Made by a program: the position numbers and the translations under genes. The notes beneath the pieces were generated by a model, which searched no databases, was not told where the DNA came from, and worked only from the letters and a program-made list of their open reading frames with translations. From positions 241,552,001 to 241,616,000 of the forward strand of contig OZ024741.1 in NCBI GenBank assembly GCA_964016885.1: a stretch of DNA of 64,000 nt, given 5' to 3'. Below, in pieces: positions 38,201 to 51,524 of the stretch (positions are counted from its first letter, which is position 1; each line of letters begins with the position of its first letter). This stretch comes from Eledone cirrhosa. Lineage: Eukaryota.

Positions 38201-41200
38201 TTTTTTTTATTTGGGTGCCCCGTTTTTTATTTGGGTGCCCTGTTTTTTATTTGGGTGCCCTCTTTTTTATTTGGGTGCCCCTTTTTTATGTGAGGGGTGC
38301 GTCTTTTATGTGGGTTCCCCGTTTTTTATTTGGGTACCCCGTTATTTATTTGGGCTCCCGTTTTTTATTCGGGTACCCGGTTTTTTTATTTGGGTGCCCG
38401 TTTGTTTTGTGGGGTTGTCCGTTTTTAGTTTGGGTGACCGTTATTTATTTGGGTGCCCCGTTTTTTTATTTGGGTGCCCTGTTTTTTATTTGGGTGCCCT
38501 GTTTTTTTATCTGGGTGCCCCATATTTTATTTGGGGGTCCCATTTTTTTATGGGGTGGTCCGCTTTTTATTTAGGTGCGCCGTTTTATATTTGGATGCCC
38601 TGTTTTTTATCTGGGTGCCCCGCTTTTTATTTGGATACCCCGTTTTTTTATAGGGAGATCCGATATTTTATGGGTGCCCGTTTTTTATTTGAGTCCGCCG
38701 TTTTTGATTTGGGTTCCCGGTTTTTTTATTTGGGTGGCCCGCTTTTTTATGGGGGCTCCATTTTTTATGGGTGGGTCCATTTTTTATTTTGATGACCCGT
38801 TTTTTATTTGGGTGCCCCGTTTTTTATGGGGGGGGGGGTCCATTTTTTATTTGGGTACCCGGTATTTTATTTTGGTGTCCGTTTCTTTTGTGGGGTTGTC
38901 CATTTTTAGTTTGGGTGACCGTTATTAATTTGGGTGCCACGTTTTTTTATTTGGGTGCTCGTTTTTTTGGGGGGGGGAGGGATCCGTTTTTTATTTGGGT
39001 GCCCGTTTTTTATTTGGATGCCCCGTTTTTTATTTGGGTACCCCGTTTTTAATTTAGGTGCCCGTTTTTTTTTTTATTTGGCTGCCCCGCTTTTTTATGG
39101 GGTGGTCCGGTTTTTATATGGTGCCCGTTTTTTATGGGGTGTCCGTTTTTTTATTTGGGTGCTCCGTTTTTTATTTGGCTGCCGGTTTTTTATGGGGGGT
39201 CCGTTTTTTATTTGGGTGTCCCGTTTTTTATTTGGGTGCCCCGTTTTTGATTTGGCTTCCCGTTTTTTTATTTGGGTGCCCCGCTTTTTGATGGGGGCTC
39301 CATTTTTTTTATAGGTGGGTCCATTTTTTATTTTGATGCCCCTTTTTTTATTTGGGTGCTCCGTTTTTTATTTGGGTTCCCTATTTTTTTATGGGTGGGG
39401 TCCGTTTTTTTATTTTGGTGCCCCTTTTTTGATTTGGGTGCCCGTTTTTTTATTTGGGTGCCCCGTTTTTTTATTTGGGTGCCCCGTTTTTATTTCGGTG
39501 CCTCGCTTTTTATTTCGGTGCCTCGTTTTTTATTTGGGTGCCCCGTTTTTTTATGGGGGGGGTCCGTTTTTATTTGGTTGCCCCGTTTTGAATTTGGGTG
39601 CCCGGTTTTTTATGGGGTGTGACCGTTTTTTATGGGGGGTCCGTTTTTTTATGGCGGGGTCCTTTTTTATTTTGGTGCTCCGCTTTTTTATGGGGTACGT
39701 TTTTTATTTGGATGTCCCGTTTTTTATTTGGGTGCCCACTTTTTTTATTTGGGTGCCCCGTTCTTTATTTGGGTGTCCCGTTTTTTTATGGGGGGGGGGG
39801 GGTCCATTTTTATTTGGGTGCCCGTTTTTTATTTGGGCTCCGTTTTTTATATGGGGAGTCCGTTTTTTATTTGGGAGTCCGTTTTATATTTGGGGTTCAG
39901 TTTTTTATTTGGGGGTCCGTTTTTTATTTGGGGTGATCCGTTTTTTATTTGGTGATCGGTTTTTTATTTGGTGATCCGTTTTTTATTTGGAGGTCCGTTT
40001 TTTAATTGGTGGGATCCGTTTTTTACTTGGGGTCCGTTTTTATTTGTGGGCGATTCGTTTTTTATTTGTTGGGGATCCGTTTTATATTTGGGGGGAATCC
40101 GTTTTTTATTTGGGGTCCTTTTTTTATTTGTTGGAAATCAGTTTTTTATTTGGGGATCCGTTTTTTTATTTAGGGGGATCCGTTTTTTATTTGTTTGGGA
40201 TTCGTTTTTATTTGGGGTCCGTTTTTTATTTGGGGGGGGTCCGTTTTCATTTGGGGCATCCGTTTTTTATTTGGGGGAAATCAGTTTTTTATTTGTGGAT
40301 CCGTTTTTTATTTAAGGGGATCCGTTTTTTATTTGGCGTTCGTTTTTTATTTGGACGGATCCGTTTTTTATTTGGGGCAATCCGTTTTTTATTTGGGGTT
40401 CGTTTTTTATTTGTGGGTGCGTTTTTTATTTGGGGGGATCAGTTTTTTATTTGGGGACCATTTTTTATTTGAGGGGGATCCTTTTTTTTATTTGGGGGAT
40501 CCGTCTTTTTATTTGGTTCGGGCGTCCGTATTTTATTTGGGGGGAGGGTCCGTTTTATACTTTAGGGTGCGTTTTTTATTTGGGGGAGCCGTTTTTTTTG
40601 GCGGAGGGGGCGTCCGTTTTTTATTTGGTGGGCATCCGTTTTTTATTTGGGTGGATCCATTTTTTATGTGGGGGGATCCATTTTTTTATTTGGGGGGATC
40701 CGTTTTTTATTTAGGGCTCCATTTTTTATTTGGGGTCCGTTTTTTATTTGGAGCAGATCCGTTTTTTATTTTGGGGGATCCTTTTCATTTGGAGGGATCC
40801 GTTTTTTATTTGGGGGAAATCAGTTTTTTATTTGGGGATCCGTTTTTTATTAAGAGCGATCCGTTTTTTATTTGGGGAGAACTGTTTTTATTTGGGTTTC
40901 GTATTTTATTTGGGGGTGCGTTTTTTATTTGGGGGGATCTGTTTTTTATTTGGGGGAAATCAGTCTTTTATTTGGGGATCCGTGTTTTATTTAGGGGGAT
41001 CCGTTTTTTTATTTGGGGAGGACTGTTTTTTATTTGGGTTTCGTTTTTTATTTGGGTGTGCGTTTTTTATTTGGGGCGGGTGCGTTTTTTATTTGGTCGT
41101 CCGTTTTTTATTTGTGGGGGGTCCGTTTTTTATTTGGGGGGATCAGTTTTTTATTTGGAGGACCGTTTTTATTCAGGGTACGTTTTTTATTTGGGGTTCT

Positions 41201-43991
41201 GTTTTTATTTGGGGGGATCCGTTTTTTATTTGGAGGACCGTTATTATTTAGTGTACGTTTTTTATTTGGGGCAAGGTTTTTTTTATTTGGGGGAATCCGT
41301 TTCTATTTAGCGTGGATCTGTTTTTTTATTTGGGCGGGCTCCGATTTTTATTCGGGCGTCCGTTTTTTATTTGGTGGGCATCCGTTTTTTATTTGGGGGA
41401 TCCATTTTTTATGTGGGGGGATCCATTTTTTATTTGGGGCCCGTTTTTTATTTGGGGTGATCCCTTTTTATTTAGGGCTCCATTTTTTTGGGGGGGGGGG
41501 TCCGTTTTTTATTTGGGGCAGATCCGTCTTTTATTTGGGTGGGCTCCGATATTTATTTGGGGTCCGTTTTTATTTGGGGTTCCGTTTTTTATTTGGGGGA
41601 TCCGTTTTTTATTTGGAGGACCGTTTTTTATTTGTGGTGATCCGTTTTTTATTTGGTGGGGATACGTTTTTTTATTTGGGGAGGATCCGTTTTTGATTTA
41701 GTGGGGGTCCGTTTTTTATTTGGGATCCGTTTTTTATTTGTTTGGGATTCGTTTTTATTTGGGGTCCGTTTTTTATTTTGGGGGGGATCCGTTTTCATTT
41801 GGAGGGATCCGTTTTTTATTTGGGGGAATCAGTTTTTTATTTGTGGATCCGTTTTTTATTTGGCGTTCGTTTTTTATCTGGAGGGATCCGTTTTTTATTT
41901 GGGGTTTGTTTTTTATTTGTGGGTGCGTTTTTTATTTGGTCGTCCGTTTTTTATTTGGGAGGATCAGTTTTTTATTTGGGGACCATTTTTTATTTGAGGG
42001 GGATCCTTTTTTTATTTGGGGGGGAGCCGTCTTTTTATTTGGGGTCCGTTTTTTATTTGGGGGGATCCTGTTTTTATTCGGGTGTCCGTTTTTATTTGGG
42101 GCAGATCCGTTTTTTATTTGGGCGGGCTCCGATTTTTATTTCCGGGGTCCGTTTTTTATTTTGGGCGTGCGTTTTTTATTCGTGGGGATCCGTTTTTTTT
42201 ATTTTTGGGTCCTTTTTTTATTTGGTGGGCATCCGTATTTTTATTTGGGGTCCGTTTTTTATTTGGGCGGTCCATTTTTTATTTGAGGGTCCAATTTTTA
42301 TTTGGGGGGATCCTTTTTTCATTCGGGTGTTCGTTTTTATTTGGGGTCCGTTTTTTATTTGGGGAAAATTCGTTTTTTATTTGGGTGGGCTCCGTTTTTT
42401 ATTTGGTGGGGATCCGATTTTTACTTGGGATCCATTTTTTATTTGTTTCGGATTCGTTTTTATTTGGGGTCCGTTTTTTATTTGGGGCAGATCCGTTTTT
42501 TATTTGGGTGGGCTCCGATATTTATTTGGGGTCCGTTTTTTATTTGGGGTTCCTTTTTTTATTTGGGGGGATCCGTTTTTTATTTGGAGGACAGTTCTTT
42601 ATTTGTGGTGATCCACTTTTTATTTGGTGGCCATCCGTTTTTTATTTGGGGGGGATCCGTTTTTTATTTGGTGAGGATCCGTTTTTTACTTGGGATCCGT
42701 TTTTTATTTGTTTCGGATTCGTTTTTATTTGGGTTCCGTTTTTTATTTGGGGAAAATCAGTTTTTTATTTGGGGATCCGTTTTTTATTTAGGGGGTTCCA
42801 TTTTTTATTTGGGGAGAACTGTTTTTTATTTGGGTTTCGTTTTTTATTTGGGGGTGCGTTTTTTTATTTGGGGGGATCTGTTTTTTATTTGGGGGAAATC
42901 AGTCTTTTATTTGGGGATCCGTGTTTTATTTAGGGGGATCCGTTTTTTATTTGGGGAGAACTGTTTTTTATTTGGGTTTCGTTTTTTATTTGGGTGTGCG
43001 TTTTTTTATTTGGGGCGGGTGCGTTTTTTATTTGGTCGTCCGTTTTTTGTTTGTGGGGGGTTTGTTTTTTATTTGGGGGGATCAGTTTTTTATTTGGGGT
43101 CCGTTTTTTATTTGAGTGGGATACTTTTTTTATTTGGGGGGATCAGTTTTTTATTTGGGGGGATCCGTTTTTTATTTGAGTGGGATACTTTTTTAATTTG
43201 GGGGGATCCGTCTTTTTATTTGTGGTCCGTTTTTTATTTGGGGGGATCCGTTTTTTATTTTGGGTTCGTTTTTTTATTTGGGGTTCGTTTTTTTATTTGG
43301 GGGTCCGTTTTTATTTGTGGGAGATTCGTTTTTTATTTGGTGGGGATCCGTTTTTATTTGGAAGACGGTCCGTTTTTTATTTGGTGTTCGTTTTTTAATT
43401 GGTGGGATCCGTTTTTTACTTGAGGTCCGTTTTTATTTGTGGGGTTTCGTTTTTTATTTGGGGATCCGTCTTTTATTTAGAGGGATCCGTTTTTTATTTG
43501 GGGAGAACTGTTTTTTATTTGGGTTTCGTTTTTTATTTGGGGGTGCGTTTTTTATTTGAGGGGATCCGTTTTTTATTTGGGTAAATCAGTTTTTTATTTG
43601 GGGATCCATTTTTTATTTAGGGGGATCCGTTTTTTATTTGGGGCGGGTGCGTTCTTTATTTGGTCGTCCGTTTTTTATTTGTGGGGGGGGTCCGTTTTTT
43701 ATTTGGGGGGGGATCAGTTTTTTATTTGAGGGGGATACTTTTTTTATTTGGAAGGATCCGTCTTTTTATTTGTGGTCCGTTTTTTATTTGGCGTTCGTTT
43801 TTTATCTGGAGGGATCCGTTTTTTATTTGGGTGGGGATGCGTTTTTTTATTTGGAGACGATACGTTTTTTATTTGGTGTTCGTTTTTTAATTGGTGGGAT
43901 CCGTTTTTTACTTGAGGTCCGTTTTTATTTGTGGGGGTTTCGTTTTTTATTTGGGGATCCGTCTTTTATTTAGAGGGATCCGTTTTTTTTT
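32227..43991. repeat. 11.8-kb minisatellite, ~20-bp unit CCGTTTTTTATTTGGGTGCC grading to CCGTTTTTTATTTGGGGGAT
   Basis: Direct inspection; higher-order duplications of 741 bp and about 1119 bp. Confidence 0.97.
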
Positions 43992-44369
43992 GTGTATATA
44001 TATATACCATCATCATCGTCATATTTTGACGTCAACTTTTCCAAGCTTGCATTGGACAGGGATTTTTAAAACAATATCTTGGAGCTGGATGCCCTTCCTA
44101 ACACTAGCCCTTTTACTCACTTCTTATGACACACTGGGATTTGGTGTACCTATTCTATACCAGACACACATGAACACACACATAGATATATCTATACATC
44201 TATACCAGATACACATGCACACACATATATATATACATGTATTTATATATATATTTATCCAGTTCCTCAGAGAAATAACAACACAACCAGGAGCTGGACA
44301 TATCGATGTATTGACAGAGTAAAACACACTTCAACAACATGTGTACCTGTCTTTCCCACACCAATTCGG

Positions 44370-44428
44370 ACTGCCTGAAGAGGTCACAGCCAATGATGGC
44401 TGTCACCGAAATATATATATTTAGCAGT
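44370..44428 (+). ncRNA. Type-I hammerhead-like ribozyme (family H) with (AT)5 stem III
   Basis: ACTGC-CTGAAGA-GGTCACAGCCA ATGA TGGCTGTCACC-GAAA-TATATATAT-TTA-GCAGT; downstream segment re-appears inverted at 45035-45082. Confidence 0.65.
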
Positions 44429-44486
44429 ATATCTATAATTTATAATAAACGAAGCCAAATTTGACTTATTTGACTTAATTATTTTA

Positions 44487-44532
<46 letters not shown>

Positions 44533-44536
44533 CAAA

Positions 44537-45032
44537 GTAAAACCTACTACAGTCAGTAGGCATCTCTAACAAAATACACCCCCGTCCCACCACCCCCACC
44601 CCATCCACACCGCCCCTTTCAATGTAAAGTTATGTTGGTGCCACAAAATCCAGGCCGAAACAAATGAGATCGTGTAGGTGTCACGACAAAAAAAACACAC
44701 AGTCCACGCTGTAATGTGACCGTGTAGGCAACACGGTAAAAACGTCCCAGTCCCACACTGTAAATGTGGTTGGTGTTAGGAAGGGCATCCAGCTGTAGAA
44801 AACCTGCCAGACAGTCCACGCTGTAATGTGGCCGTGTAGGCAACATGGTAAAAACCTCCCAGCCTCACACTGTAAATGTGGTTGGTGTTAGGAAGGGCAT
44901 CCAACTGTAGAAAACCCGCCAGATAGTCCTATGTGAGCAAGACAACCACTCTTGCCTCAAGTGGGAAAACTCCCATGCAAGCATGGAAGCATGGAACACG
45001 GACGTTAAACGATGATGATGATGATGATGATG
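44537..45032 (+). mobile_element. RTE 3' end with internal duplication
   Basis: Matches 20680-21068; about 120-bp segment duplicated. Confidence 0.85.
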
Positions 45033-45228
45033 AAATATAAAATAATTAAGTCAAATAAGTAAAATTTGGCTTCGTTTATTATATATATATATATATATAT
45101 AACAAATTTAATATAGACTAGAACTGTTTTATTCAAAGGAATGTATCTATGTATGTATATATATGTGTGTGTATCTGATAAATATTTATATATATATAAA
45201 TAAAATTAAAATTTTATTTCTTGCCCTT

Positions 45229-45299
<71 letters not shown>

Positions 45300-45469
45300 A
45301 GGGGTTTATACACTCTCTTATGTATATCTACATGTCTCTTGCTTCAGATCATTCTAAATTCTTTGATAGAATTCAGTGTAAGTTCCTCATCCTTAACTTA
45401 ACACCACCCACCCACCTCCCATTCCCCCGGCCTCCTCCACTACCACAACCATCACCACTTCCACCCATC

Positions 45470-45515
45470 ATCAGGCGGGGATGGGGGGGGGGGGAACTTC
45501 AGGCCCAATCAGATG
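45470..45515 (+). promoter_or_regulatory. Possible Pol II promoter elements (GC box and CCAAT box) in unique GC-rich sequence
   Basis: AGGCGGGG followed about 25 bp later by GCCCAATCAG. Confidence 0.25.
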
Positions 45516-45699
45516 AACTCAGCCGTGACATCTCGCATACACTGCACTGCTGCGACTGCACTTTGATCTAGCAATTACTTCCTTCTCAGTGACTGATCAC
45601 AGGATCAAACCGCACACGTTCCAGTCACTGGTCAACATTACACAGCAAATCATAAACACACACACACGTACACATATACACACACATATGCACATACAT

Positions 45700-45757
45700 C
45701 CACACACACATATATATATAAACACACATGCAAATATATATATGTATATATATACAC

Positions 45758-45792
<35 letters not shown>

Positions 45793-45821
45793 TACACACA
45801 CACATATATATATATACAGGC

Positions 45822-45884
<63 letters not shown>

Positions 45885-45897
45885 TATATATACAGAC

Positions 45898-45946
<49 letters not shown>

Positions 45947-45967
45947 TATATATATATATATACAGAC

Positions 45968-46034
<67 letters not shown>

Positions 46035-46043
46035 CAGACACAA

Positions 46044-46112
<69 letters not shown>

Positions 46113-46160
46113 CACAAATATATATATATACACACACAGAAATATATATATATATATATA
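45700..46160. repeat. Compound (TA)n(CA)n array with recurring ACAGACACAAAT unit
   Basis: Direct inspection. Confidence 0.9.
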
Positions 46161-46673
46161 TAATCACATACACACGCAGCACACCCATATAGAAACATAC
46201 ACCTATGCATATACATACACACAGAAAAGATTGAATACATCTACACACATATAACATTGCTTAAACACTCACTCACAGAAACACACTCATACAGACACTC
46301 AGCTGACTGGTCATTTTGACCATAAAGTACCACAGTACACACACACACATACATGTATATATATATATAAACATATATAGGCAGGTGGTATGTGTGTGTG
46401 TATTGATATACATACATACATACATATATAAATATATATGTATATATGTATGATAAATGTATAGATATGTATGCATACACATAATTCACACACACACATA
46501 CCAACTCACACACACACACTCACTTACACACACACACCCTTCTACTCTTTTACAGCTTATCAGATTGACCCTCTACTTATTATTCAATCTGATACTTATT
46601 CTATCAGTCTTTATTTGTCAAGCCGCTAAGTTATCAGACAAGAATTATTAGCTGTTAAATCATGTACACTTAA

Positions 46674-46880
46674 CCCTTTAATGTTCAAACCAGCCAAAAC
46701 CGGCCAGAGTTCTCTACCTTTTTCTGTTGAAACTGGCTGTAACTGGTCGCTCAAACTGATGTTAAGGTATTTTTCTCAAAATAAATACTTTCAAAATCTC
46801 ATAGATTCAATATTATGTGAGGTAAAGCCTTTACCATGAAAATATAATAGTATATATAGAGTAATGTGAATGCTAAAGGG
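46674..46880. mobile_element. piggyBac-type MITE
   Basis: TTAA-CCCTTTA ... TAAAGGG-TTAA; a related end is at about 505-536. Confidence 0.7.
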
Positions 46881-47203
46881 TTAAACAGACAAAGAAAAAT
46901 GCACACACAAATACACACACCCATCATCATCTCATCATTATCATTTTCACATCCGCATTTCATATTGACATGGATAGGACAGCTCGTAACGGTCTGATTC
47001 AGGTCATATTTAGAGTTACTAACTAACCTTCTACATGGTTTGGAGGACCTTGCTCATATTTTCAAAAATCTCTCTCTATCTCTTTCTCTCTCTCCTTTTC
47101 TTTATATATATGTGTATATAAGTATTTATATTACATATATATGGTATTTGTATATGTACGCAAATATATATATATGTGTATATCATTATCATATGTGCAT
47201 GTA

Positions 47204-48082
47204 CAGGGTGCGGACGACATCTGTTCGCAATTTTCAACTGCTAATTTTATGAAAATTTTTTTTACTTTCGTTGTCACTCTTGTCTTCATAAAAACAGTGA
47301 CTATATTTCCATTATTTATTTTCAGAATAATTGATTAGAAATAATTTTGAACCTCCAAATTTGTGGAAGAGACACGGAGTTCTTCTTGGAATCCGCGCCG
47401 GGAGGACAAATAAGGAAATTTCAGACTTTCTCAGTGTCAGCAGGAGAATGGTGTCTCATCCAAACACGTGCCCAGAGTCATGCAGACAAAGTTTCCAGCG
47501 ACAACATTGGTCTTAGGTGTCGTCAGCAGTCAAGATGACGTCATTCCACCTCACTTCTTCCCTGAGGGCCTCAAGCTGAACACCGATGGCTACATCCGTG
47601 TTCTGAGCGAGGTAGTAAAGCCCTGGATCGACCAGGTAAGCCATACGTGTGGCAGCAAGACTCAGCGCCCTTCCATACCAGCCAAAAGACCCAAGCCTAG
47701 CTGTCAGAGAACTTCGTCGACCACACTTCACCTGACATCTGGCCTCCCAGCTCGCCTGACTGCAACCCCCTCGACTTCTTTGTGTGGGACGCAGTGGAAC
47801 GAGACACCAACAGATCTAGCTGCAATACAAAAGACGATCTGAAGGCCAGGATCACAAGTGCCTTAGGGGCCTAAGTCGGGGAACAGGGATGAAGGCCTGT
47901 AGCCGGTTCCAAGGCCGCCTTGAGGCCGTCATCAAAGCCAATAGCGGGTTTATTGAGTGAGATCGAAAGAACAAGTCATGAAGACAAACTGACCCAAGTT
48001 TGATAAATATATCTTAAAAAATAAAACTAGTGTTACTTTTTCCTAGACAGTAATCTTGCGAACAGATATGGTCCGCACCCTG
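47204..48082 (+). mobile_element. Internally deleted Tc1/mariner transposon, DD37D (maT-type) transposase pseudogene
   Basis: TIRs CAGGGTGCGGAC..ATCTGTTCGCAA; WQQD-(37 aa)-D spacing ending WPPSSPDCNPLD, with in-frame stop and frameshift. Confidence 0.9.
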
Positions 48083-48099
48083 TGTATATATATGTATAT

Positions 48100-48400
48100 T
48101 ATGCTGGTACCACAAAATATCCAGCCCACTCTGTAAAGTGATCATGTAGATGTCACAACAAAAAGCACCCAACCCACACTGTAAAGTGGACATGTAAAAG
48201 ATATGGCAAAATGCATTCAGCACACACTGTCAATGTGGTTGGCATTAGGAAGGGCATCCAGCCGTAGAAAACCAGCCAGAAACAGTCCTATATGAGTGAG
48301 ACATGATCACCTGACCCAACTTGCCTCTAAATGGGACAAACCCGTCTAACCCATGCTAGCATGGAAGATAGACATTAAACAATGATGATGATGATGATGA
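48100..48400 (+). mobile_element. RTE 3' end / SINE tail
   Basis: ~45-nt repeats plus GGAAGGGCATCC..(GAT)n. Confidence 0.8.
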
Positions 48401-49075
48401 CTGCCAGCATATACAGTACATATATATATCATCATTGTAACATCCGCTTTCTCTGCTAGCAAGGGTTGGACATAGTACTGAAACAAGGCTACTCATACAC
48501 AAAAAATTAGAATACACAGCACCCCCCACCTCAATTTTACATATCAAAGTTAACTTGGTGTAAGCAATTAGAATTGAAAAGTTCTACATACAGGTATTAA
48601 ATTAAAAAAATCTAACCTTCCTAAAAATAAAGAGCCTACCAGAGGGCTCAAATAAATTGCTTTGGCCATTGCTGGGGTGCTCCCCACACACACTGCGGGG
48701 GGCCTGGAGCAATTGTCCCCTTTGTTTCCACCCCCATTAAATCCAGACCTGACCACATAATCATCGGAGCTATGCCCTTCTTCAGAAGGTAGAACAAAAA
48801 TACATGAAAGCAAGAAAAATAAATAAATAAAACAAAGAGTAAGAACATGTGGACTTGTGTTTAAATAAGAGAGGTGAATAGGAAGTAAACAGGCAGGGGA
48901 GATAAATGTGAAGGAGAGGTAAGAACATGATGGCAGGAGAGCAAGTGAGAGGCAGAGAAAAGGAGGTTAGTGTAAGCATACATATTTACACACACAGGCA
49001 AGAATATGCTAGTAAATATGTGTACACACAACAAACTCTAGTCCAACTGTGCATACATGCATGCTGTGTACATAA

Positions 49076-49294
49076 AGAAGGTGAGTCATAAGTAACCGGG
49101 CAGTCAATGCATTTTTATTGCAAATTTCACAGATAACTTTCTGAACATCCTCTTATTTGTGTGTGATCAACTATGGTTCTATTTTTTTAACTACTTTTAC
49201 TGGATGTATTTATAATTTTGTAATGAATTTTAGTAAATACTATAATTTGGAAAATAAATGTTGGAGTGTCTGGTTACTTATGACTCTCACTGTA
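49076..49294. mobile_element. Tc1-like MITE
   Basis: GAGTCATAAGTAACC ... GGTTACTTATGACTCTCACTGTA. Confidence 0.65.
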
Positions 49295-49796
49295 TAAAAA
49301 TCTATCTGTATGCATATACATTTAAATACTTATATGCATAGAAATACAAGAACACACACACACGTGGAAATACCTGTATGGGTATGCACCAGGGTGTAGG
49401 CAAGCAAATACACAACCACATGCTTGCATATGAGGAGACAAATATAATGTGTGAGAATCAGAAAAGGTGGAAGGTTACAGATAATGGAGTGAAGTGTGAG
49501 AATTCAATCCAGGAAGGTTAAAAGTTTGCAAAATATATATTTATCAACTTACACCTTTTACTTGGAAGTCTTTGAAATGTGCCTAACAGGATGATGTAAT
49601 AAATCTACAGCCATAATATATATATATATATTTATAACTCTATAAAGTTAACTGTCTCTGTGAAAGGACAAGATATATCAATAAATTGATAACTTAATTA
49701 TCCACTCAAAGAAGTATTAAAATATATTAAACTTAAGCCAAAATATCATTTTTTTTTGGAGGGGGGATATACAAGTCAAAATGGCTAAAAAAGCCA

Positions 49797-49836
<40 letters not shown>

Positions 49837-50181
49837 AGATTATTTTGTTAATGACTGTTGGTGGCCCCAATATGAGTACTCAATGCTACTACTTAAACAG
49901 GGTAATTCCTATAGAAAATGTGTTCTTCACATGGTATCATTGAATTATATGTTTATAATCAACAGAAGTTTTACAGTAAGTATGAGAGAATGAAGTTTCA
50001 CTTTAAAATATTTTTTTTTTTATTCATTATCAAATGTGACATGTGTTTCACAGATGATTGGCTCTAGGTCTAAATTGATATGATAGAACTAACTCCAGTA
50101 TCGATCTGTTCATGTAGATTTGAATAAAAATGTTTTAATTCAGATCTATGTGCCTGATGAACTTGATTCATTCAAATCTAC

Positions 50182-50266
50182 ACATCTGATGAGCAGATCC
50201 ATATTAGAGTCAGGTTTATTATATTGATTAAAACCTAGAATTGATCATCTGTGAAACATGTTATGT
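50182..50266 (+). ncRNA. Minimal hammerhead with long stem II inside diverged fold-back 49982-50316
   Basis: ACAT-CTGATGA-GCAGAT..ATCTGT-GAAA-CATG-TT-ATGT. Confidence 0.65.
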
Positions 50267-50518
50267 TCAATAATGAATTAGAAATATTTTTAAATGAAAC
50301 TTCATTTCCTCTACATAATATATATATAATTATGATGGCCAGTTACTAGAATACCACCATACCATACCATGTACGCATGTTTTATTGGTTCTCTGGACCA
50401 ACAGAGCATACGTTCCTGGTATGGCGCTGTTGTAGTATCTGGCCTTCATAATTATATTCAAACTCACTCTACAGACTTGAGTTGTTCTTATACCTTGGAT
50501 TTTTTACCTACCTATTAA

Positions 50519-50566
<48 letters not shown>

Positions 50567-50859
50567 TGAATATGGCAAAACCGGTCATTAATCGCTCATA
50601 TACAGGAAACTGACTGGCCTGTCTGCTGATATGCAAATCAGGCCGATCGGTGACTGTATATTTTAGAAAATATATATTTTCACTAGCTCTGACAGTTGGG
50701 AGGTGAACAGTGAACTGCACATTAGTGTCTGCAGTTCTGTGTACATGTCAATACAAGAGCAAGAATGAGGGGCTCATTCTACTGACATGGCTTTAATAAA
50801 GAGGCTGTTTGCATAATTGCAAGTCAATTGAATATTATTATTAATAATAGTCATATACG

Positions 50860-51450
50860 CGAACGGCAAAGCATAAACGAATTGAGAGAGAGACTGAGCA
50901 TAAGAGGAATCAAATGGTGTGTGTAGGAGAGGAGGTTGTGTTGGTATGGACATGTGATGCATATGTAGGATGACAGCTGCATAAAAAGGTGCAGAGCACT
51001 AGAAGTCGATGGAAGCCGAAAAGTGGGGAGACTTAAGAAGACCTGGGATGAGGTGATAAAGGCTGACTTTACCCAATTACACCTCTCAAAGGCGATGAGA
51101 CAGGACCATGACCTCTGGTGTCAAGCAGTAATACAGAAGACCCGACCTCCCAATGGGTACAAGCTGAAGCTGAAGCATATAGACAATATGCCCCCACACC
51201 CTCCCACTGCAAAGTGGTCATGGTGGTGCCACGGCAAAAAAGCACCCAGCCCACACTGTAAAGTGGACGTGTAGGCGCCACGGGAAAAAAGCACCCAGCA
51301 TTCACTGTAAATGAGGTTGGTGTTAGGAAGGGCATCCAGCTGTAGAAATCAAGCCAGAATCAATTCGACTGAAGACTGCCCACAACAGGACAACCCACCT
51401 AACCCATGCTAGTATGGAAGAACAGACGTAAAACGGTGATGATGATGATG
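50860..51450 (+). mobile_element. 5'-truncated RTE LINE inserted in another repeat
   Basis: Reverse complement of 24455-25085 subfamily. Confidence 0.88.
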
Positions 51451-51524
51451 ATTCGAAAAACTCAGATTACATTTATTGTATTCAGTCATGTAGATCGATA
51501 TTTTTTTTTTTTTCATTTTTTATA

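Noticed and set aside
32227-43991. CRISPR-like array
   Set aside because: No unique spacers, no cas genes, eukaryotic context
32138-44322. Dozens of overlapping F/G/W-rich ORFs
   Set aside because: All three plus frames are open because the minisatellite is A-poor; constant frame switching
50326-50455. pre-miRNA-like hairpin
   Set aside because: Better explained as a truncated PLE-like fold-back followed by a decayed tail hairpin
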